Source of the DNA: Candidatus Binatia bacterium
Lineage (GTDB): Bacteria > Desulfobacterota > Binatia > UBA9968 > JAJDTQ01
Assembly: GCA_963666515.2 (NCBI GenBank)
Contig: OY762897.2
Span: forward strand, 1,376,001 to 1,440,000
Reading direction: 5' to 3'
Length of the DNA: 64,000 bases
How positions within the stretch are numbered: the first letter of the stretch is position 1; the number at the start of each line of letters is the position of its first letter. Positions 28,974-36,461 of the stretch are shown here, one piece after another. Below the pieces are notes generated by a model that did no database searches, had not been told where the DNA came from, and saw nothing but the letters and a program-made list of their open reading frames with translations. Both the position numbers and the translations under genes were made by a program.

Positions 28974-29900
28974 ATGCTGAGCCAGCAAGAGATCGCGAGC
29001 ACGGTGACCGCGTTGTGGAAGAGCAACCAGTATGATCTTCCCGAGGACTTCAAGTCGTTCCTGCAGGAGCAGCACGACAAGGAGACCAGCGAGCTGGGGA
29101 AGGCTCACCTCAAGGCCAACCTGGACGCGGTGGCCACCGCTTCGGCCCGGAACATGCCTTTCTGCGCGGACACCGGGCTGTTGACCTACTACATCGGCCT
29201 CGGCACCGCGGTGATCGGCGAGATCGAGGGCGGCTACCAGGCGCTGGAGCGGACGCTGCGGGAGGTGAGCGCCGAGGTCACCTCGGACATCCCGCTCCGT
29301 CCCAACGCGGTGCATCCCATCACGCGCCACAACCCCAACACCAACCAGGGTCCCGGCTGCCCCGACATCAAGGTGCGGGTGGTGCCGGACGCGGACTACC
29401 TGGAGATCACCAACGTGGCCGTGGGCGGCGGCCCCGAGCTGGTGGGCAGCAAGTTCACCGTGCTGCCGCCCACCGCTGGCGAGAAGGGCGTACGGAAGTT
29501 CGTGGTGGAGTCCACCATCAACCTGGTGCGGCTCGGCGCCACCTGCTCGCCCAACCTCGTGGGCGTGGGGCTGGGCGGCACCTTCGAGACCTGCACGCGC
29601 ATGGCCAAGGAAGCGGCGATCCTGAGGCCGGTGGGCGACCGCAACCCCGACCCCGAGCTGGCCCGGCTGGAGGACCAGCTCATGGACGACATCCTGCGGC
29701 TCAAGCTGGGGCCCATGGGCATGGGCGGCTCCACCTCGGCCTTCGACGTCCACCTGGAGATGGCCTACTGCCACATGGCGACCCTTCCCGTGGCGGTGTA
29801 CCTCCAGTGCGCGGCCATGCGCCGCACCACCGTGCGCATGTACGCGGACGGCCGGGTCGAAAGCCTGCCGCTGTCGAGCTGGATGGAGCGGGATTCGTGA
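28974..29900 (+). CDS. Fe-S hydro-lyase alpha subunit (class I fumarase/tartrate dehydratase TtdA family), divergent
   Basis: PFCADTG, PLRPNAV, GGG.E, TCSP, GPMGMGG, LPVAV..QC (three Cys ligands). Confidence 0.85.
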   Translation: MLSQQEIASTVTALWKSNQYDLPEDFKSFLQEQHDKETSELGKAHLKANLDAVATASARNMPFCADTGLLTYYIGLGTAVIGEIEGGYQALERTLREVSAEVTSDIPLRPNAVHPITRHNPNTNQGPGCPDIKVRVVPDADYLEITNVAVGGGPELVGSKFTVLPPTAGEKGVRKFVVESTINLVRLGATCSPNLVGVGLGGTFETCTRMAKEAAILRPVGDRNPDPELARLEDQLMDDILRLKLGPMGMGGSTSAFDVHLEMAYCHMATLPVAVYLQCAAMRRTTVRMYADGRVESLPLSSWMERDS

Positions 29901-29951
29901 ACCGCGGACAACGCCATCGTCCGGCGGACTCCATGACCATCACCCGGGGTC

Positions 29952-30707
29952 TTGCTGCTTGACGCCGCCACCATCCTGGCGATCGCCGGAACCTTCCTGA
30001 TCGCGGGCACGGTCAAGGGGGTCGTCGGTCTCGGCCTCCCCTCGATCAGCCTCGCGCTGCTGGCGGTGGCCCTCGATCTGACCAATGCAATGGCCGTTCT
30101 CCTCGTGCCGTCCCTCGCCACCAACATATGGCAGGCGACAACCGGCGGCCACGGGCGGGTCCTTCTGCGCCGGATGTGGCTGTTCCTGCTGGCGGCGACG
30201 ACCACCGTGCTGCTCGGAGCGTCCGCGCTGACTCGCGTCGAGCTGTCGCTGCTGACCGCACTTCTCGGGTTGCTGCTGCTGGCGTACGGCGCCGCGAGTC
30301 TCGTCGGACAGCGATTCCGCCTCGAAACCCGTCATGAGAAGTGGGTCGGGGCGCTGGCCGGACTCGTGAACGGGGTCTTCACCGGTATGACGGGATGCTT
30401 CGCCGTGCCCGGGTTGATGTACCTTCAATCGCTCGGTTTCTCCAAAGATGCGCTGATCCAGGCCATGGGAATGCTGTTCACGGTTTCCACGGTGGCTCTC
30501 GGGTTCGCGCTTCACGCCAACCACCTGCTGCGCCTGGAGCACGGCTTCGTTTCCACCCTGGCCCTGCTGCCGGCCATGGCGGGAATGGTCATCGGGCAGC
30601 GAATCCGCAACCGGCTCTCCGAGCAGTCGTTCCGGAAGGTATTCTTTCTTGCTCTCCTTGCGTTGGGCGCGTACCTGGCCTCGGGCGCGTTCGGCAGCTT
30701 GCAATGA
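29952..30707 (+). CDS. TauE/SafE family sulfite exporter-like membrane protein
   Basis: AGTVKGVVGLG, second repeat G.FTGMTG, about 8 TM helices. Confidence 0.85.
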   Translation: MLLDAATILAIAGTFLIAGTVKGVVGLGLPSISLALLAVALDLTNAMAVLLVPSLATNIWQATTGGHGRVLLRRMWLFLLAATTTVLLGASALTRVELSLLTALLGLLLLAYGAASLVGQRFRLETRHEKWVGALAGLVNGVFTGMTGCFAVPGLMYLQSLGFSKDALIQAMGMLFTVSTVALGFALHANHLLRLEHGFVSTLALLPAMAGMVIGQRIRNRLSEQSFRKVFFLALLALGAYLASGAFGSLQ

Positions 30708-30753
30708 CGGGGGCGTCCACATAGGCTGCACAACGGTCCGGGAGGAGGATGAC

Positions 30754-31362
30754 ATGAAGTCGGTCCATCTGCAGAGTCCGGTATCCGGGGAAGCCCTGCG
30801 CGCTCTCGACGCCGGCGATTCGGTCACCATCAGCGGGCGCCTGTTCACCTGCAGGTCGCTGACCTATGACCGCCTGATCGATCCCGAGGGAGGGGAGGGC
30901 GTCCGCAACCGCCTGAAGGAGCTGGGCGCGGAAACCGTGTTCCACAGCGGCCCGCTGGTCAAGGAAGGGCCGGACCACGCCGAGATGATCGCCATGGTGC
31001 CCATGCCGAGCTGGCTCGCCGGACGCGAGAAGATCGAGAAGGCCGTCGGCCTGCTGGGCCTCAAGCTGATCATCGGCAAGGGCATGCTCGAAGGGCTGGA
31101 AGAGTTCTGCAAGAAGTCCGGCTGCGTGCACCTGGTGTGCGCCGGCAACTACAACGAGTACGCCGCACGGGTGACACGGGTCATCGAATGCGTCTGGCCC
31201 GAGCTGGGCCGCCCCGAGGCCATGTGGATCGTGGAGGTGGACGCGCTGGGCCCGCTGATCGTCGACGCAGACACCAAGGGCAAGAGCCTGTACCAGGACA
31301 TCGACGAGGACTTCAAGTCCGACGCCGCGGCGCTGCTGGAAGAGCTGGATATCAAATTGTAG
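30754..31362 (+). CDS. Fe-S hydro-lyase beta subunit (TtdB/fumarase C-terminal family), divergent
   Basis: L.AGD.V.ISG.LFT, FHSGP, IIGKG, ELG.PEAMW, GPLIV..D.KG.SLY. Confidence 0.85.
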   Translation: MKSVHLQSPVSGEALRALDAGDSVTISGRLFTCRSLTYDRLIDPEGGEGVRNRLKELGAETVFHSGPLVKEGPDHAEMIAMVPMPSWLAGREKIEKAVGLLGLKLIIGKGMLEGLEEFCKKSGCVHLVCAGNYNEYAARVTRVIECVWPELGRPEAMWIVEVDALGPLIVDADTKGKSLYQDIDEDFKSDAAALLEELDIKL

Positions 31363-31382
31363 GGGCGACCGCCGGTCGCCCT
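31359..31382 (+). repeat. GTAG-type REP palindrome
   Basis: GTAGGGGCGACC-GCC-GGTCGCCCT; related copies at 32051-32075 and 55135-55162, degenerate copy near 27749. Confidence 0.7.
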
Positions 31383-32034
31383 AAAACCCCGGAGCCACCT
31401 TCTTCCGCTCAACCCCATCCCACGTGTCGATGACTTCCCGGTGGGACGCCACCGCGCCGAACTGGCGGCGGGTGTTCTCCAGGGTGCCCTCGTGGAGCAC
31501 CGGGTCCGGACCCGCCATGCAGTCCTCCACCATGGTGACGTAGTAGTCCAGCATGAAGGCGTCCCGCATGGTGCTTTCCACGCACACGTTGGTGGCCACG
31601 CCGGTCAGCAGCACGCTCTCGATGCCCTTGGCCTTGAGGATGGTGTCGAGGTCGGTGTTGATGAAGGCGCTGTAACGGTGCTTGATCACCACCCGCTCGT
31701 CCGCCCGGGGCTCGATGCCGTCGAAGAAGTCGACGCCCCAGGAGCCTTCGCGGCAGGTCTCGGTATCGGCGCCCTCGGGCTTGCGGTAGAGCCAGGGCTC
31801 GGTGTCGGTCCACTCGCTGTGGACGGTCTGGATGTAGATGATGGGCAGGCTCACCTCGCGCGCCTCGTCGATGAGCTCGTAGAGGTTGGGCATCATCTCC
31901 AGACCCGGTTTGATGTCCATGCCGCGCCTGGCGCACGCCCCATCGGGGCTGCAGAAGTCGTTCTGCACGTCCACCACGATAAGCCCCGCCAGCTTGGGGT
32001 CGCAACGCTCCTTGAGACTCCGTAATACGCTCAT
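31381..32034 (-). CDS. isochorismatase-family cysteine hydrolase (RutB-like amidohydrolase)
   Basis: VDVQNDF, KHRYSAF, GVATNVCVEST.RDA (Asp-Lys-Cys triad). Confidence 0.9.
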   Translation of the reverse strand: MSVLRSLKERCDPKLAGLIVVDVQNDFCSPDGACARRGMDIKPGLEMMPNLYELIDEAREVSLPIIYIQTVHSEWTDTEPWLYRKPEGADTETCREGSWGVDFFDGIEPRADERVVIKHRYSAFINTDLDTILKAKGIESVLLTGVATNVCVESTMRDAFMLDYYVTMVEDCMAGPDPVLHEGTLENTRRQFGAVASHREVIDTWDGVERKKVAPGF

Positions 32035-32050
32035 GTCGGGCTCCTTCGCA

Positions 32051-32075
32051 CGGGGCGACCGCAGGTCGCCCCTAC
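32051..32075 (-). repeat. GTAG-type REP palindrome
   Basis: reverse strand reads GTAGGGGCGACC-TGC-GGTCGCCCCG. Confidence 0.7.
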
Positions 32076-32083
32076 CTGTCGCC

Positions 32084-32902
32084 TCAGTCGGCCATCATTT
32101 CCTTTTGCATCGGGGTGAGGGCGTTGGAACAACCCACCATGCTGTTGCGGGTCACCAGCCCGGCCAGTTGCTCTTCGCTCCAGCCCTCGGTCCCTTCCGG
32201 ACGGCGGGGCACCACCAGGTAGCGGGTCTCAGCGGTGCTGTCCACCACCCGCACCTCCATGGACTCGGGCAGATCCAGCCCCATTTCCGTCAGCACCCGG
32301 CGGGGGTCCACCACCAAGCGGGTTCGGTAATTGGTGCTCTTGTACCAGTCGGGCGGCTGTCCCAGCAGTTGGCGCGGATAGCACGAGCACAGCGTGCACA
32401 CCACCACGTGGTGCACGTCATCGGTGTTCTCCACCGCGATGAGCTGATTGGCGGTGGACATGTCGACACCCAGCTCCTCGGCTGCAGCGATGCCGTCGCC
32501 GAAAAGGCGCTTCTTGTACTCGGCGTCCACCCATGCCCGGGCCACGACACGCGAGCCCTGGTGCGGCGACACCCCCTCGTTCTCGTCGATCTTGCGCCGC
32601 ACCTCATCCGTGCTGATGATGCCCTTCTCGCGCAGCAGGTTGCCCATGGCGAGCATCTGCTTCTCGAACAGCGTGTACTCGTGCTCGGTGGTGTCGATGG
32701 GATTGTTCGCGTGGAGCTGCTCGAACACGTCGTCGTGGCTGTGGTCGTGTCCGTGGCCTCGTTTGACCTGCCTCACCTCATCCGCCGTCAGGACGCCCCG
32801 TTCCAGCAACAGGTCCGCGGTGGCACGGGCGCGCCGCTCGAAGTAGGTCTTCTCATCGCCGGCCGCCGGCTCGGTGTGCTCTTCCTGCTTTTCCTTGGCC
32901 AT
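32084..32902 (-). CDS. Co-type nitrile hydratase alpha / thiocyanate hydrolase gamma-like subunit with duplicated N-terminal extension
   Basis: VVARAW, VCTLCSCYPR metal motif (Thr = Co type), PPDWYKS..YR, DSTAETRYLV.P.RP, VTRNSMVG. Confidence 0.9.
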   Translation of the reverse strand: MAKEKQEEHTEPAAGDEKTYFERRARATADLLLERGVLTADEVRQVKRGHGHDHSHDDVFEQLHANNPIDTTEHEYTLFEKQMLAMGNLLREKGIISTDEVRRKIDENEGVSPHQGSRVVARAWVDAEYKKRLFGDGIAAAEELGVDMSTANQLIAVENTDDVHHVVVCTLCSCYPRQLLGQPPDWYKSTNYRTRLVVDPRRVLTEMGLDLPESMEVRVVDSTAETRYLVVPRRPEGTEGWSEEQLAGLVTRNSMVGCSNALTPMQKEMMAD

Positions 32903-32934
32903 GACGTTCTCCCGTAGATTTCTTCCCGAAACGT

Positions 32935-33225
32935 TTACCTTGGTTCGAGCCACTGCTCGAAGATGTCCGCGTAGATCTTGTTGACGCCCTCGGGCGCGGG
33001 CCGGTCGTCCCACACGTGGGCCAGATCGAACTCGATGGAGTACAGGTTGGCCATGGGCAGGCCGTCCTTGCCGAAGGAAAGCAGTTCCGGGTCCTTGAAG
33101 CTGCCGCGGATGTCCGCCACCACGCCGTCCTTGCCCCTTAGATACTGGGGCGAGCGGATGTGGTGCCCCAGCGTCAACGTGTCCAGAACCCTGACCGGAT
33201 CGCCCGGCTTGTAGCGAAAGCTCAT
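32935..33225 (-). CDS. NHase beta C-terminal SH3-like domain protein (ScnA-like)
   Basis: YKPGDPVRV, HIRSPQYLRGK.G, PE, LYSIEF...VW, DIFEQWLEP. Confidence 0.85.
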   Translation of the reverse strand: MSFRYKPGDPVRVLDTLTLGHHIRSPQYLRGKDGVVADIRGSFKDPELLSFGKDGLPMANLYSIEFDLAHVWDDRPAPEGVNKIYADIFEQWLEPR

Positions 33226-33232
33226 GGGCGCC

Positions 33233-33261
33233 AGTCTCGACTTTCGGAGGTTGATTGTCAA
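33233..33261 (-). promoter_or_regulatory. putative sigma70 promoter of a leaderless NHase-like operon
   Basis: TTGACA-17 bp-GAGACT-7 nt-ATG; GTTGA-caa-TCAAC inverted repeat overlaps the -35. Confidence 0.5.
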
Positions 33262-33289
33262 CTCCACGGCGCCGCGGCGGGTGGGTAAG

Positions 33290-35014
33290 TCAGGCTTTCG
33301 CCGTTCTACCGCTGAACCGGTCGAGCCAGGCGCCGCTCAGCAGCCAGGAATAGCCCCAGGTTCCGACGGCGATGAGCACGAACGCGGTCACGATGCCGGA
33401 TGTGCTCCCCTGGAGCGAGAAGCCCGGCACGTAGCCGAACAGGAAGGGCGCGAGGTAGAGGAACTTGGCGAACTTGAAGGCGCTGAACGCGGTCTTCCAC
33501 ATGTCGGCCTGGGCGATGGTGGCGCCGGTGAAGGCGGCGATGCATACCGGCGGGGTGATGTTCGAGTCCTGGGACAGCCAGTAGACGATCATGTGCGCCG
33601 CGATGGGGTTGGCGCCCAGCTCCGTCAGCGGCGGCACCGCCACGACTGCGGTGATCAGGTAGGCGGCGGTCACCGGCACGCCCATGCCGAGGATCAGGGA
33701 GGCCAAGGCGATGAGCAGGATGGTCAGCCACAGCCGGCCGTCGGCCAGCGCGATGACGATGTCGGCGAACGTGAGCACCAGGCCGCTGTAGGTCAGCACG
33801 CCGATGATGATGCCGATGACGCCCAGGGTGGCGCCGATCTTGAGGCTGTTCTCGGCCCCCGCGCGGGCCGCTTCCAGGAAGCGTTGCGGCCCGATCCTCG
33901 TGTCCGGGCGCAGCCAGCTCACCGCGATGCAGGTCGCCATGCCGAGTATGGCGGAATAGGCGGGCGAGTACCCCATCAGCATCAGCACGGTGATGACCGC
34001 GAGCGGCAGCACATAGTACCAGCCTCGCCCGAATATCTCTCCGGCGCAGGTCTCCGACTTCTCGCCCCGGATGCCGTGCTGCCTGGCCTCGTAGTGGACC
34101 ATGACGTAGACGCTGAAGAAGTACATGAGGGCCGGAAAGACGGCCACCAGCATGATGGCGGAGTAGGGCACGCCGGTAAGCTCCGACATGATGAAGCCGC
34201 CGGCGCCCATGATGGGAGGCATGAACATGCCGCCGATGGAGGCGGCGGGCTCGATGGCGCCGGCCACGTGCGGCTTGAAGCCGGCCTTCTTCATCATGGG
34301 GATGGTGAAGTTGCCGGTGGAGACGGTGTTGGCGATGGCGCTGCCGGAGATGGAGCCGAACAGGCCGCTGGCGATCACCGCCACCTTGGCCGGGCCGCCG
34401 ACCCGGTGGCCCACCGCGGCAAGCGGGAAGTCCACGAAGAACCGTTGCGCTCCGCTGGCTTCGAGGAAGGCGCCGAAGATGACGAACAGGATCACGTAGG
34501 TGGCCAGCACGTTAGCCATGATGCCGAAGACCCCGTCGCTCTTGTAGAAGATGCTGGTGCACAGGGCCGGGAAGGTATCCCCGGCATGGGAGATGAGGTC
34601 GGGCATGGAATCGCCGTAGACCCCGTAGAGCAGCATGACCCCGCCCAGGACGACGAAGACGTTCCCCACCACCCGGCGCGCCAGCTCCACGCCGATCAGC
34701 ACGCCCGCCACGGCGATCCATTGATCCAGGACGGTTTCGACGCCGACCCGGTAGTTGATGGCCTCGAAGTTCCACATCCAGTAGCCGATGCACACCACCG
34801 ACGCGGCCATCAGCAGATAGTCGGCCATCCGGCCCGGCCCGCTCCGGGAGCGGTAGAGGAGGAACACGAGCACATAGGTGATGACGACGTAGATGCCGCG
34901 ATGGTACTGGGTGGCCGCGGGAACGAGCACCGCGGAGTACGAATAGAACAGCACCAGGACGAGCGAGAGGACGTCGAACAGCCATCGCTCCGCGGTGTTC
35001 AGCTTTTCGAACAT
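33290..35014 (-). CDS. TRAP transporter fused permease (TAXI-associated)
   Basis: ELARR, GGPAKVAV, SGSAIANTV.TG.FTIP, AASIGG..MPPIMGA, GMGVP.TAAY, ITPPV. Confidence 0.92.
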   Translation of the reverse strand: MFEKLNTAERWLFDVLSLVLVLFYSYSAVLVPAATQYHRGIYVVITYVLVFLLYRSRSGPGRMADYLLMAASVVCIGYWMWNFEAINYRVGVETVLDQWIAVAGVLIGVELARRVVGNVFVVLGGVMLLYGVYGDSMPDLISHAGDTFPALCTSIFYKSDGVFGIMANVLATYVILFVIFGAFLEASGAQRFFVDFPLAAVGHRVGGPAKVAVIASGLFGSISGSAIANTVSTGNFTIPMMKKAGFKPHVAGAIEPAASIGGMFMPPIMGAGGFIMSELTGVPYSAIMLVAVFPALMYFFSVYVMVHYEARQHGIRGEKSETCAGEIFGRGWYYVLPLAVITVLMLMGYSPAYSAILGMATCIAVSWLRPDTRIGPQRFLEAARAGAENSLKIGATLGVIGIIIGVLTYSGLVLTFADIVIALADGRLWLTILLIALASLILGMGVPVTAAYLITAVVAVPPLTELGANPIAAHMIVYWLSQDSNITPPVCIAAFTGATIAQADMWKTAFSAFKFAKFLYLAPFLFGYVPGFSLQGSTSGIVTAFVLIAVGTWGYSWLLSGAWLDRFSGRTAKA

Positions 35015-35037
35015 ACGATTTGCGTTCTTAGATGGCG

Positions 35038-35097
35038 CCCTTCGACTTCGCTTCGCTACGCCTGTCCTGAGCTCGTCGAAGGGCTCAGGGCGAACGG
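35038..35097 (+). repeat. TTCGAC-type REP with a nested inverted copy
   Basis: CCCTTCGACTTCGCTTCGCTACG[CCTGTCCTGAGCTCGTCGAAGG]GCTCAGGGCGAACGG. Confidence 0.7.
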
Positions 35098-35122
35098 GAT
35101 TTTGAGAATGTCCGGCGGCTGC

Positions 35123-36094
35123 CTACATCACGCCCTTTTCCTTCCAGAAGCGTGTCGCGCCCGGGTGGAGCGGGGTCACGATGCCCTTGGTGCCGTCCTT
35201 GATGCTCATTTCCTTGAAGGTCTTCTTCTGGTTGCGCATGTAGGCGAGGCCCTCGTCCGTGTAGACCTTGGAGAGCAGGTCGTAGACGACATCCGCGGAC
35301 ACCTTGGAATTGGCGACCCAGAGCGTCGAGTCCTGGAACGAGGGGGCGGCCTTGTCGACGCCGCGGTAGGTGGCGGCGGGCACCGCCAGCCTGGCGAAGT
35401 AGGGGTACTTCTTGAAGAAGCCGCTGTCCTCGGCGTCCTTGGCGAGATCGACCAGTTCGATGTCGTTGGTCTGAGCGGCCATGATCACGGCGCCGCTGGG
35501 AAACGCGGTGAACAGCCAGAAGGCGTCGAGCTGGTTGTTGCCGAAGGCGGCGGCGGCATCGTTGTACCCCATGGCGTTGCGCTTGACCTTGTCCCAGATG
35601 CCCATGTGGGTGAAGAACAACTCGCAGTTGGCGAAGGCGCCGGAGCCCGCGTTGCCCACGCCGACCCGCTTGCCCACCAGGTCCTTGACACTGCGGATAC
35701 CCGACCCCTTGCGCACCACCAGTTGTGCCGGCGCCCCGTACAGGTAGGAGACTGCGAGCACGTCCGTGTATTTCCGCTTGTCGTTCTTCAAGCGGCCGTT
35801 GTGCCCGAGGTACACGTGACCGGAATAGACCACGCCGAACTGCATCCGGCCGGCGTTGACCTTGCGCAGGTTCTCCACCGAGCCGGCCGAGGACTGGGCC
35901 CTGACCGTGTAATCCTTGGACTGCTTGACCGGGCCGTAGGTCTGGATGGAGTTGGCCACGATCTGGAACGTGCCGCCCGCCGGGCCGCCGCCGAAGACCA
36001 TGCGTTTGCCGGCCAGGGCGGTAGCGGAAAAACCGAGGACGCAGGCCGTAAACGCCGCGCCTGCTACAAGGATCGCTCTGCGGCTCAAGCTCAT
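35123..36094 (-). CDS. TAXI family TRAP solute-binding protein
   Basis: GGGPAGGTF, SAGSVENL, DLVGKRV.VG..GSG, PLHPGA. Confidence 0.92.
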   Translation of the reverse strand: MSLSRRAILVAGAAFTACVLGFSATALAGKRMVFGGGPAGGTFQIVANSIQTYGPVKQSKDYTVRAQSSAGSVENLRKVNAGRMQFGVVYSGHVYLGHNGRLKNDKRKYTDVLAVSYLYGAPAQLVVRKGSGIRSVKDLVGKRVGVGNAGSGAFANCELFFTHMGIWDKVKRNAMGYNDAAAAFGNNQLDAFWLFTAFPSGAVIMAAQTNDIELVDLAKDAEDSGFFKKYPYFARLAVPAATYRGVDKAAPSFQDSTLWVANSKVSADVVYDLLSKVYTDEGLAYMRNQKKTFKEMSIKDGTKGIVTPLHPGATRFWKEKGVM

Positions 36095-36251
36095 GATCGT
36101 TCTCCTTTCGAGTTCCTGATTCGTCCGGTTCACCAACTGGTTACGTCACGTTTCAGTAAAGATGACCCATGGCGGATGTCAATCCTTTCGTCCGCTCAAT
36201 GAGTCTTGAACGGTTGACAATCACCGCGGCCCTGACGTAGAAGTTACGGCC

Positions 36252-36461
36252 ATGACGGAACGTACTGCCCGCCTGACTCACGAGGTGACTCTCGGACTTG
36301 CCTCGGTGACGTCCGAACGCTTTCCCTTCGTCCTGAAATCCGCGGCGTTCATGGCCGTGGTCGGCGTGCTTTTGTACGTGAGTCTGGCCGCCGCCTATCC
36401 TCCCGTTCACGATGCCATGCACGACTTCCGTCACGCGCTGGCCATTGTCCCGTGCCACTAG
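36252..36461 (+). CDS. cbtB: CbtB-like putative cobalt transporter small subunit
   Basis: one TM helix followed by VHDAMHDFRHALAIVPCH, the His-rich C-terminal signature of CbtB. Confidence 0.75.
   Translation: MTERTARLTHEVTLGLASVTSERFPFVLKSAAFMAVVGVLLYVSLAAAYPPVHDAMHDFRHALAIVPCH

Noticed and set aside
33224-36202. 992-aa plus-strand ORF and similar long antisense ORFs (15768-17975, 22050-24383, 46086-48602, 51297-53381, 40450-42546)
   Set aside because: Shadow frames expected from high-GC3 codon bias opposite or over well-supported genes; no motifs
36095-36251. Cobalamin riboswitch upstream of cbtB
   Set aside because: The region is short and shared with the divergent TAXI promoter; no B12-box recognised
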